In this document: positions 1 to 7,736 of the stretch, piece by piece
Layout: the number at the start of each line of letters is the position of its first letter
Numbering within the stretch: the first letter of the stretch is position 1
Assembly (NCBI GenBank): GCA_023480925.1
Contig: JAMCWY010000012.1
Location: forward strand, 1-28,948
Origin: Patescibacteria group bacterium
GTDB taxonomy: Bacteria > Patescibacteriota > Minisyncoccia > UBA6257 > HR35
DNA: 28,948 nt
Direction of reading: 5' to 3'
Position numbers and translations under genes: made by a program
Notes under the pieces: model-generated
Told to the model about the DNA's origin: nothing
Database searches by the model: none
What the model saw: the letters and a program-made list of their open reading frames with translations, nothing else

Positions 1-157
1 TTGAATTTTTAGATTTGATTAAAAGCAAAAAAAGAAATTATCGATCAAGATTATTATTTTAACCAAAAAATTTTTTTAAAACTCCGACCGAACCAAATCG
101 AAGTAATCGGCCAGCACCAGTCGCTTCAATCCTTTTTAATCAAATCTAAAAATTCAA
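1..157. repeat. 24-bp perfect inverted repeat (1-24 vs 134-157, 109-nt spacer) at the window edge, inside the ComEC reading frame
   Basis: nt 1-24 ttgaatttttagatttgattaaaa is the exact reverse complement of nt 134-157 ttttaatcaaatctaaaaattcaa. Confidence 0.9.
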
Positions 158-999
158 TCAATGAAAAAATTAAACAAAAACTCAGTTTCAACGCGAGCCA
201 ATTTTTAGCCGGCCTTCTTTATGGCAAAGAAATCAACGATCCCGAATTAAAAAATAATCTCAAAAAAACCGGCCTTTCGCACCTAACCGCCGTTTCCGGT
301 TATAACCTGACTCTGATTTCTTCGATTGTCTTTGAATTCTTGAAAATTTTTCCGCTCTCCCGACTAATTTTATTTTTTCTCAGCACTTTTTCAATTTTAA
401 TTTTTAGCCTTTTCGTCGGCGGTCAAGCCTCGGTTATCCGCGCCAGCCTGATGGGCGTTCTAATTATTTTTTGCAAAAGCAGCGGCCGGATTCCGCTCAA
501 ACGGAACGTTCTGACCGCGGCGGCAATTTCGATCAGCCTCTTCCAACCCAGCACCTTAATTTTCGATCTCGGTTTCCAACTTTCATTTCTGGCCACGATC
601 GGCATTCTCTATCTCGCCCAACCGCTGGAAAAATTATTTCGATTCAAGGTTCTGGCGGAAACATTTTCCGCCCAACTTTTAACTTTGCCGATAATCTGGT
701 ACTATTTTGGCCAGATCAATTTTTTCAGCCTATTCATCAACGCCATCGTTCTGCCGATTATTCCATCTTTAATGATTCTCGGTTTGATCGCGATCTTTTT
801 GATCAACCTTCCTTTTATCCAACTAATCAGTTTGCCTTATGATTTGTTAGCGAAGGTTATCAGCTGGCTCAGCTTTCTTCCCCCAACCAATTTCCAACCG
901 CCTCTCTTTTTAATCGTCGCCTTGTACCTCTTCGCCTTTGCCTTTATTTATAAATTAAACAAAAATGCGCTTCCTGATTTTTCTCTTAATTTTAAGTAA
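19..999 (+). CDS. comEC: ComEC/Rec2 competence-domain membrane protein, 5' end unresolved (ORF-track start 340 is internal)
   Basis: Frame 1 is open from nt 19. Nt 262-318 already encode KKTGLSHLTAVSGYNLTLI. GGQASVIRASLMG and GFQLSFLATIG follow, with multiple TM helices; these are hallmark ComEC competence-domain motifs. There is no ATG/GTG/TTG between 19 and 340, and all three frames have stops in nt 1-60. Confidence 0.75.
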   Translation, partial: LKAKKEIIDQDYYFNQKIFLKLRPNQIEVIGQHQSLQSFLIKSKNSINEKIKQKLSFNASQFLAGLLYGKEINDPELKNNLKKTGLSHLTAVSGYNLTLISSIVFEFLKIFPLSRLILFFLSTFSILIFSLFVGGQASVIRASLMGVLIIFCKSSGRIPLKRNVLTAAAISISLFQPSTLIFDLGFQLSFLATIGILYLAQPLEKLFRFKVLAETFSAQLLTLPIIWYYFGQINFFSLFINAIVLPIIPSLMILGLIAIFLINLPFIQLISLPYDLLAKVISWLSFLPPTNFQPPLFLIVALYLFAFAFIYKLNKNALPDFSLNFK

Positions 1000-1765
1000 T
1001 ATTTTTATCTGGTCGGAAATCACCAAAGCGCTCAATCAAAAAAACGAGGTTTCTTTTCTTGATGTCGGTCAGGGTACGAGCGTTTTGTTGGCCGAACCGA
1101 AAATTTCGATTCTTTACGACGCCGGTCCGAATGGGCTCAAATTGACCAAAGCTCTTGACCGCCACTTGCCTTTAATCCGAAAAAAGGTTGACATTCTGAT
1201 CTTATCTCACGCCGACCAAGACCATTATAACGGCGCTTTTGACTTAATTAACCGCTTCCCGCCGCGAATTGTCGTAATCAGCCCAAAAGATTCAGCTGAG
1301 GCTGGCTGGCAAGCTTTGCTTCAAAAAATCAAGGCGAAAAATATTGCCATCATCGCTCTGAAAACCGGCAGTTTGGTTGAAACGCCCGGGAAAAAATTAT
1401 TTTTTCTTAACCCGCCAATCAACCAAATCAACAGCCTAAACGACAATCAGAGTTCGATCGTGATTAAAGCGATTGAACCAACCAGTTCGTTTCTGCTCGC
1501 TGGCGATATTGATAAAAAAACCGAATTTGATCTAATTAAAAAATACAACCGGTTTCTCCAAGTTGATTATCTTCTTATCCCCCACCACGGTTCAAAGTAT
1601 TCGAGTAGCGACGAATTTTTAAAAACAATTCTGCCCCGCTTAGCCGTTATCCAAGTTGGAAAAAATCGTTACGGCCACCCCAACGGCGAAACAATCCAAC
1701 GATTAAAAAATAATCAAATTCACTTTTGGCGAACCGATCTTCAGGGCGAACTGACAATTAGATAA
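965..1765 (+). CDS. Metallo-beta-lactamase-fold protein equivalent to the ComEC C-terminal domain, encoded as a separate overlapping ORF
   Basis: N-terminal TM helix, then FLDVGQGTSVLL, LSHADQDHYNG (HxHxDH-type metal motif), IPHHGS and GHPN. It overlaps the preceding ComEC ORF by 35 nt in a different frame. Confidence 0.8.
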   Translation: MRFLIFLLILSNIFIWSEITKALNQKNEVSFLDVGQGTSVLLAEPKISILYDAGPNGLKLTKALDRHLPLIRKKVDILILSHADQDHYNGAFDLINRFPPRIVVISPKDSAEAGWQALLQKIKAKNIAIIALKTGSLVETPGKKLFFLNPPINQINSLNDNQSSIVIKAIEPTSSFLLAGDIDKKTEFDLIKKYNRFLQVDYLLIPHHGSKYSSSDEFLKTILPRLAVIQVGKNRYGHPNGETIQRLKNNQIHFWRTDLQGELTIR

Positions 1766-1865
1766 CTTTTGGGTTATAATTTAATAGATCTAAATTATCC
1801 CGAAAAGTTTGACTTTTTATCAACTTTCTCCAAGCGTTTTCATATTTTTCTTATAAAATTTTAAT

Positions 1866-2468
1866 TTGATTTTATTCGCTGTCTCAATTACAGTTTTATT
1901 TTTTATTTTAATGAACCAAAAAGATCTCGATCAAAAGTTGAAAAAATACTTGGCCGAGCTTAATCGTTTTATCTTCCAGCGGCCGGTTAAATTCGATCGA
2001 GTTAAGGCCGAACTGTCCGAACATTTTTCATTTATTCGCTTTATCTTTAAGCGCGTTCTTGTTCCAATCATTGCTATTTATATGCTCGTTGGACTTATTT
2101 TTCACATCTACGTTCTTGACTCGCTTGCCTTGAGCATCATTGCTTTTCTTTACAGCAACTTCCTGCCTGACTTTGATATGATTTTTAAACAAAGCAATAA
2201 TCCAAAAAATTTCTGGTCGAACGAATATTTGGTTTTATTTTTCGCGCCGATTTACTTGTTTTATATATTTTCGGAAAATGTTGAACCGCCTGTTTCAAAA
2301 CGATACCGACCATTCCATCGATTCCGCTCTTTCTTCGCCTGGGGTCTTTTTCTTCTTTTTCTCGGTTTCATCTTTTACCGGACTTGGTTAGAAAAATTTT
2401 CGCTTTTGATTTTCGGCCTGACCGGTTATTTCACCCACCTTCTCACCGACGAATCTTTTAAGTTTTAA
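1866..2468 (+). CDS. Polytopic membrane protein, possibly YdjM/DUF457-like membrane-bound metal-dependent hydrolase
   Basis: Several hydrophobic helices. FLPDFD and FTHLLTDE resemble the LLPDIDH / SHxLxD motifs of the YdjM family. The TTG at 1866 is doubtful; an in-frame ATG at 1911 is a likelier start. Confidence 0.5.
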   Translation: MILFAVSITVLFFILMNQKDLDQKLKKYLAELNRFIFQRPVKFDRVKAELSEHFSFIRFIFKRVLVPIIAIYMLVGLIFHIYVLDSLALSIIAFLYSNFLPDFDMIFKQSNNPKNFWSNEYLVLFFAPIYLFYIFSENVEPPVSKRYRPFHRFRSFFAWGLFLLFLGFIFYRTWLEKFSLLIFGLTGYFTHLLTDESFKF

Positions 2469-2497
2469 CGGATAGTGATAAAATTAAAAATTAAACA

Positions 2498-3919
2498 ATG
2501 AAAGAAATTTTTATCGATCAAACTCTTGATTTAATCGGCCAAAAAGTTGTTTTATACGGCTTTATTGAGACGGTTCGAAATCACGGCAAGATTATTTTTT
2601 TCGATCTGCGCGACCGAAGCGGCGTTCTTCAAACCGTCATCGCCGAATCTTCGCCTTTTTTCGAACAAACTAAAAGTATCAGGCCGGAAACAGTTGTCAA
2701 AATTGAAGGCGAGGTCAAAGAGCGACCGGACCGTTTGAAAAATCCCGAACTTAAAACCGGCGCAATCGAACTTGAGATTTCGAAATTGGAAATTCTCAGT
2801 CAAGCCCAGACTCCGCCTTTTGACCTGAACGACGATGGCAAAAAAATAAACGAGGAAACAAGATTAAAATACCGCTACCTTGATCTTCGCCGAACCCGAC
2901 TTCAAAAAAATTTAATCGTCCGCCATCAAACCAACCAGTTTATTCGCAATTTTCTTTCAGATAAAAATTTCATTGAGATCGAAACTCCCATCTTGACTAA
3001 ATCAACGCCCGAAGGCGCGCGCGATTATCTCGTTCCAAGCCGACTCTACCAAGGCAAGTTTTACGCCCTGCCCCAATCGCCCCAACAATACAAACAACTT
3101 TTGATGGTCGCCGGCTTTGAACGTTATTTCCAAATCAGCCGTTGTTTTCGCGACGAAGATCCTCGCGGCGATCGCCAACCCGAATTCAGTCAGCTCGACA
3201 TTGAAATAAGTTATATTGAGCGAGATGAAATTTTAAATTTAGTCGAAGAGCTAATCGTCGCCTTGGTTAAAAAAATATTTCCGAAAAAAAAATTTCTGGC
3301 TCTGCCATTCCCCCGATTAAATTATGGCGAAGTCATGGCCAAATATCAAAGCGACAAACCCGATCTGCGCCAAAATAGAAACGACCCGGACGAACTTGCT
3401 TTTGCTTTTGTCATCGATTTTCCGATGTTCGAATGGAAAGAAGAAGAAAAACGTTGGGACGCCGTCCATCATCCGTTTACTCAGCCAAAATTAGCCGATG
3501 GTTCAAAAAATAAAGAAAAATTAATTGAGACGTTAAAGAAAAACCCCCAATCGCTTTTAAGCGAGCAGTTTGATCTTGTCTGCAACGGTTACGAAGTTGG
3601 CGGCGGCAGCCTCCGAACGACCGACGCCGATGTCTTAATCGAAACATTCAAAGCGATGGGGAACGATCAGAAAGAAATCGAAGAAAAATTCGGTCATCTC
3701 ATCCAGGCCTTTTCCTTTGGCGTTCCGCCCCATGGCGGCATCGCCCCTGGTCTTGATCGGCTCCTGATGATTTTACAAAATGAATCAAGCATTCGCGAAG
3801 TTATTGCTTTCCCCAAGACCGGCGAGGGCCGAGATTTAATGATGGACTCGCCCAGCGCCATTGAGCCAACTCAACTCAAAGAGCTTCATCTAAAAATTGA
3901 AACCAAGGAAAAGAAATAA
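2498..3919 (+). CDS. aspS: Aspartyl-tRNA synthetase, bacterial-type catalytic core without GAD insertion
   Basis: OB-fold N-terminus, QSPQQYKQLLM, motif 2 FRDEDPRGDRQPEFSQLDIE and motif 3 GGIAPGLDRL. Length is 473 aa. Confidence 0.95.
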   Translation: MKEIFIDQTLDLIGQKVVLYGFIETVRNHGKIIFFDLRDRSGVLQTVIAESSPFFEQTKSIRPETVVKIEGEVKERPDRLKNPELKTGAIELEISKLEILSQAQTPPFDLNDDGKKINEETRLKYRYLDLRRTRLQKNLIVRHQTNQFIRNFLSDKNFIEIETPILTKSTPEGARDYLVPSRLYQGKFYALPQSPQQYKQLLMVAGFERYFQISRCFRDEDPRGDRQPEFSQLDIEISYIERDEILNLVEELIVALVKKIFPKKKFLALPFPRLNYGEVMAKYQSDKPDLRQNRNDPDELAFAFVIDFPMFEWKEEEKRWDAVHHPFTQPKLADGSKNKEKLIETLKKNPQSLLSEQFDLVCNGYEVGGGSLRTTDADVLIETFKAMGNDQKEIEEKFGHLIQAFSFGVPPHGGIAPGLDRLLMILQNESSIREVIAFPKTGEGRDLMMDSPSAIEPTQLKELHLKIETKEKK

Positions 3920-3989
3920 AAAAATTTGAATCACGGTTTTTTCCTTAAAGAATAATATCGGTTAAAATAAAAAAGTTTTTTAAAATTAA

Positions 3990-4072
3990 GCCCGGGTGGT
4001 GGAATTGGCATACACGACAGTTTGAGGGGCTGTGCTCTTCGGAGCGTGAGGGTTCGAGTCCCTCCCCGGGCA
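3990..4072 (+). tRNA. tRNA-Leu (anticodon GAG), type II with long variable arm, no encoded CCA
   Basis: Cloverleaf by hand. Acceptor gcccggg/cccgggc, anticodon stem acagt/gctgt and loop ttGAGgg. Variable arm gctc-ttcg-gagc, T arm gaggg-ttcgagt-ccctc, discriminator a. Confidence 0.9.
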
Positions 4073-4134
4073 TCAAAATTGAACTTAACGGATTTTGGGA
4101 AGATGGATCATCCATTAGCTCTCTCGTGGCGCAC

Positions 4135-4171
4135 AGTCTAATTGAGAAAACATCTCTCAATCAGACTTTTT
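4135..4171 (+). terminator. Rho-independent terminator candidate closing the aspS/tRNA-Leu unit
   Basis: 13-bp stem agtctaattgaga / tctcaatcagact (one mismatch) with a 7-nt loop, followed by a T-run (ttttta). Confidence 0.5.
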
Positions 4172-4207
4172 ACTGAACATACCCCTAAGATCAGTTATAA
4201 TAAAAAC

Positions 4208-4652
4208 ATGGCGGTAAGTGGTTTTCATAATAGAGAATGCAAATTACTTCTATGTTTTGATAAGTACAGCAATATAGTCTCTTCGCAACCTCGCAATATT
4301 GTTCATTAGGAGCCATATAAAATTTCATGCTGTTGTAAATATTTGGGTTCTTAACAGTCAAGCCGATATACTGTGCGCGCATCGCGCTCCATGGCAATCC
4401 TGGGAAATAGCAGACTTATCTCGATGGACACGTTAAATCAAATTCTAGTTTCTTTAAAACTGCCAACGGGAACTGACCGAGGAGATCGATCTGAAGGTTG
4501 GTAAAGATGATTTAAAACTTATAGAAAGAAAAAGGCGAAAAGATGTTAAGCATGTTTTTGAAAGCTATGTTCTATTTTTTGATAAAGATCTATCAAAGCT
4601 CGATTTCTCTGATGACGAAATCGACAAGGCAAAATGGTTACCCTTCCGGTAA
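4208..4652 (+). pseudogene. NUDIX-hydrolase-like gene remnant (one frameshift plus three clustered in-frame stops)
   Basis: Frame 3 is open 4278-4433 and 4458-4649. It encodes ...HAVVNIWVLNSQADILCAHR...RELTEEIDLKV (a REUxEExGU-like Nudix box tail)...DEIDKAKWLPFR. TAA 4434, TAG 4446 and TAA 4455 interrupt the position of the first half of the Nudix box. ATG 4208 lies 6 nt after a TATAAT (4196-4201) but in frame 2, which ends at TAG 4307. Confidence 0.4.
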
Positions 4653-4987
4653 TATCAGAGACCAAGAAACAAGAAAACCGAAATTGGTGCAATGGAATGA
4701 GTCGAGAGCAATACAAAAAAGCGCGTGAAATCATTAATTTGTGGCCGGTTTTATATACTTAAGCAGAAAGCGACTCTTATAATTTTTCTACTGCCTTCCG
4801 CGAAGGCGACGTGACCAGGATAGGATGGACGCGGGGAAAAATGAACATCACCTCGCCCGAGCGTTCAGTTTGGCGCGCGAAGCACGCCGTCGACAACCGA
4901 AAGGAGATAAAAAAGATAGAAATACTGAAACCGTCACAACTCTGGCAACCCGATGGTTTGGCAAAACTAAACTCTCGGTTTTTTTCT

Positions 4988-5371
4988 TTATCCAATATCT
5001 TTTTTAAATTCCTTGGCTCTCGCCTCGTCCAATTTATATTTAACCCAATTTTCCCTTATTAACTTAAAAGCAAGTCGTCCTTCCCGGTGGAACATTGGAA
5101 CACCGATAAGAGTATTACACTTTGGACATGTGAACCTCGGCATTTTTTTAACAGTCATCGTTTTGTCGTTTTGAAGTTCCGCGTATTTTGTTGGCGCAAA
5201 AATGCGATTAAGATAACACCTGAATAATTTGCCGTGTTCGTCCTTTTGATCCAATAAAATATCTTGCTCGCATTGAACGCAGGATATTTTCCACCATTCG
5301 GCGTAGCTATCTCGATCGCGGAAAAATTTATCTCTCCGAAACGAAAACGAGGTAACTGTAATTTCTTTCAT
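4988..5371 (-). CDS. Hypothetical protein with two CxxC pairs (zinc-ribbon-like)
   Basis: 127-aa ORF with CVQC...CPKC. A near-consensus promoter sits immediately upstream. I recognise no family. Confidence 0.55.
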   Translation of the reverse strand: MKEITVTSFSFRRDKFFRDRDSYAEWWKISCVQCEQDILLDQKDEHGKLFRCYLNRIFAPTKYAELQNDKTMTVKKMPRFTCPKCNTLIGVPMFHREGRLAFKLIRENWVKYKLDEARAKEFKKDIG

Positions 5372-5379
5372 GTACCTAC

Positions 5380-5409
5380 ATTATAAACAAACAGCCGCTT
5401 TTTCGTCAA
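5380..5409 (-). promoter_or_regulatory. Sigma-70-type promoter TTGACG-18 nt-TATAAT, 8 nt upstream of the ATG (near-leaderless transcript)
   Basis: Minus strand reads ttgacg aaaaagcggctgtttgtt tataat gtaggtac ATG. There is no SD between the -10 and the start. Confidence 0.4.
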
Positions 5410-5452
5410 TCAAATCACAAAATAGCGATAACCACCAATTTTCATAAAACTC

Positions 5453-5499
5453 GCGGGCAAAAAATTTTCCCCCCCAAACTCCCTCAATTTTTTCCCGCG
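5453..5499 (-). terminator. Hairpin downstream of the MFS gene (possible terminator)
   Basis: cgcgggcaaaaaatt ... aattttttcccgcg inverted repeat. On the minus strand it is followed by agtttta, a weak T-run. Confidence 0.3.
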
Positions 5500-5548
5500 G
5501 ACAAAAACGAAGCCAAGTCGCCCTACTTAAAAAATTAAGGGCAGAGGT

Positions 5549-6985
5549 TCAGCCAACGTCATTGTTTCCGTTTTTTCGCTTAAGAGTATTTTTTATTTTT
5601 TTCGCTGAATGAGCAAAAATAAGATCGTAGGGCTGACGGAAAATTTGAGTGGCAAATGAATTAAAGTTAAAAACAATTCCCTTTTCAATCGGTCGAACTT
5701 CTTGAACCAAAGGAAACATAAACAGACCGACAAATAAGCGCAGAACGCCAGAAATAAAGGAAACAACCATAATCAAATTAAAAAATCGGAAAGGAAAATA
5801 ATTGATTGTGAAACTGCCGATTAACGTCCCAACAACGATGCCGAGGCCGTTAAAGATACTGCTATACGCGGAACAAAGACTTCGACGTTTTGGCGTAACA
5901 CTATCATAAAGAAAATTGCCGGCGGCTAAGTTAAAACCAGCCCAAAGAAAACCGCCGAAAAAACTAATTGTCAAAATAAAATAAAAAGAAACGATCTTCG
6001 ATAAAAAAATCGTGAAAAACCAAAGCAGAGCCGGCAAACTCGTCAACAATCCGGTTAATTTCAAAATACCAACATTGCCAAAATGATCGCCGAGCCGGCC
6101 CCAAAATGGCATCGTCAAAAAAGTCGCCAACAAACCGACTAAGTTGATTAACATGAATTCGAGATAAGAAAATTTTAGATCGCGCAAAATATAAATAACA
6201 TAATAAGGCCCGGCGACATTAGCCGTCAACAAAATCAAGGCGACATAAATTGAAAAACGACCGAAATTATTAGAACTTGATTTTTTTAAAAAACTCCAAA
6301 AGGAAAAATAATCAGAACGTTCAAAAATAAATTTTGGTTCAAACTGACGCGAGATAAAATAAAGGGAAATGAAACGAACCAACATACCGACGAAAAAAAT
6401 CAAACCAAAGCCAATAAAAATTTCCTGCCGGCCAAGATTAAATTTAAATAAATCCAAAACAAAACCGCCCAAAACAATACCGACCAGAGCGGCTAAACTG
6501 GCCAAACTGTTACGAAAGCCAAAAAATCGGCCGAGTTGCTTCGGTTCGACCAAATCGCCCATCCAGCTGACCCAGGCCGGTTGAGCGAGATTGCCCAAAA
6601 AAGCGTAGGCGAGGAAAAAGGCAATCAAGAGAAGGTATATTGATTGATCGTCATGAAGATAAAGATAAGAAACAAAAATAATCGGCAGCCAAAATAAAAT
6701 TTGAATGAGGACGGCGGTTATAAAAATTTTCTTCCGCGAAAAAAATTTCATCAGATTTGAAGTCCAAATCTGAGCCAGCGGTCCGATTAGATTGGGCAAA
6801 GAAGTCAAAAGACCGATAACGGTGACGTCGGCGCGCAGGGCGATCGCGTAAGCGCCAAAATAATTGTCGGCCAAACCCAAAGAAAAGTTAGTCGTAATCG
6901 CTTCCTTCAAACTGTAAAACAACGATTTCTTTTTTAAAGCCTCGGTTTGATTTTTTTCTAACTCAATCTGAGTAATTTCGTTCAT
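5549..6985 (-). CDS. MFS-type transporter
   Basis: 478 aa, about 12 or more hydrophobic helices in two halves, with typical MFS loop composition. Ends with TGA. Confidence 0.8.
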   Translation of the reverse strand: MNEITQIELEKNQTEALKKKSLFYSLKEAITTNFSLGLADNYFGAYAIALRADVTVIGLLTSLPNLIGPLAQIWTSNLMKFFSRKKIFITAVLIQILFWLPIIFVSYLYLHDDQSIYLLLIAFFLAYAFLGNLAQPAWVSWMGDLVEPKQLGRFFGFRNSLASLAALVGIVLGGFVLDLFKFNLGRQEIFIGFGLIFFVGMLVRFISLYFISRQFEPKFIFERSDYFSFWSFLKKSSSNNFGRFSIYVALILLTANVAGPYYVIYILRDLKFSYLEFMLINLVGLLATFLTMPFWGRLGDHFGNVGILKLTGLLTSLPALLWFFTIFLSKIVSFYFILTISFFGGFLWAGFNLAAGNFLYDSVTPKRRSLCSAYSSIFNGLGIVVGTLIGSFTINYFPFRFFNLIMVVSFISGVLRLFVGLFMFPLVQEVRPIEKGIVFNFNSFATQIFRQPYDLIFAHSAKKIKNTLKRKNGNNDVG

Positions 6986-7036
6986 CCTCGATCAATTTTT
7001 CAATTCGTTTTGAACAAAAATTTTTGGCTGATTAAA

Positions 7037-7651
7037 CTAAACCGACAATTCTTTAAAGCGCTCGGCCAGGGCTGACCAGTCAACCAAATTCCACCAATTT
7101 TCAATATACTCCCCTCGACGATTTTGATATTTGAGATAGTAAGCATGTTCCCAGACATCTAAACCAAAAATCGGCGTTTGGTTTGAAGAAAAAGGATTGT
7201 CTTGATTTGAGCTTGAAGTAATAATTAATTTTTTATCCTGGTCCAAATTTAGCCAAGCCCAACCGCTGCCAAACCGGGTCAGGGCTGCCTTTGAAAATAA
7301 TTCCTTAAATTGATCAAAACTACCAAATGTTTGATTGATTACTTCGGCCAGATCGCCGACCGGAATCTTGGTCGACTGAGACGTCATCACTTGCCAAAAT
7401 AAACTGTGGTTATAATGCCCGCCGGCGTTATTGCGAACGGCTTCGCGAATTTCTTCGTTAACGACACCGAGATTTTCCAAAAGTTCTCTCAAAGATAAAT
7501 CGGCCAAATTTGGTTGTTTGGCCAAGGCGGCGTTAAGATTATTGACATAGCCGGCGTGGTGTTTAGTGTAATGAATTTCCATTGTTCGAGCGTCAATATA
7601 CGGCTCGAGGCTGTCATAAGCATACGACAGTTTAGGCAAAACGTGTTCCAT
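7037..7651 (-). CDS. sodA: Superoxide dismutase, Mn-type signature
   Basis: HYTKHHAGYVNNLN, NNAGGHYNHSLFW (Mn-SOD-like rather than the Fe-SOD AAQxWNH motif), SSSNQDNP and DVWEHAYYLKYQNRR. Confidence 0.93.
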   Translation of the reverse strand: MEHVLPKLSYAYDSLEPYIDARTMEIHYTKHHAGYVNNLNAALAKQPNLADLSLRELLENLGVVNEEIREAVRNNAGGHYNHSLFWQVMTSQSTKIPVGDLAEVINQTFGSFDQFKELFSKAALTRFGSGWAWLNLDQDKKLIITSSSNQDNPFSSNQTPIFGLDVWEHAYYLKYQNRRGEYIENWWNLVDWSALAERFKELSV

Positions 7652-7736
7652 TATATTTTCCCAGCCGCTGTTCTTGGTTTAAGACTTAAGCTGGACTAAA
7701 TAATTTTAGATTATAGCCAATTATAATTTATTTCAA

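Noticed and set aside
1-60. Stop-codon reassignment (TGA or TAG as sense) to rescue the ComEC 5' end
   Set aside because: TGA clearly terminates the MFS gene (5549-5551) and rpoD (10810-12), and TAA terminates most others. The stops sit inside a fold-back repeat, which explains them better.
3945-4160. 71-aa minus-strand ORF
   Set aside because: It lies antisense across tRNA-Leu and its trailer and terminator. The translation shows no protein-like features.
4191-4397. 68-aa minus-strand ORF in the tRNA-Leu patch
   Set aside because: It is antisense to the N-terminal half of the NUDIX-like frame, which has recognisable motifs. Its Cys/Tyr-rich sequence has no signals.
4786-4986. SRP RNA, tmRNA, RNase P RNA or 6S RNA
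   Set aside because: I looked on both strands. I found no GGAA-tetraloop with AGCAGC (SRP domain IV), no tRNA-like T-arm/ACCA end, and no GAGGAAAGUCC/ACAGAA RNase P blocks. I keep it only as an unclassified structured candidate.
4073-5548. Integrated element with att direct repeats
   Set aside because: I could not find a copy of the tRNA-Leu 3' segment (ggttcgagtccctccccgggca) downstream. Only a weak actccctc similarity occurs near 5478, and no integrase is present.
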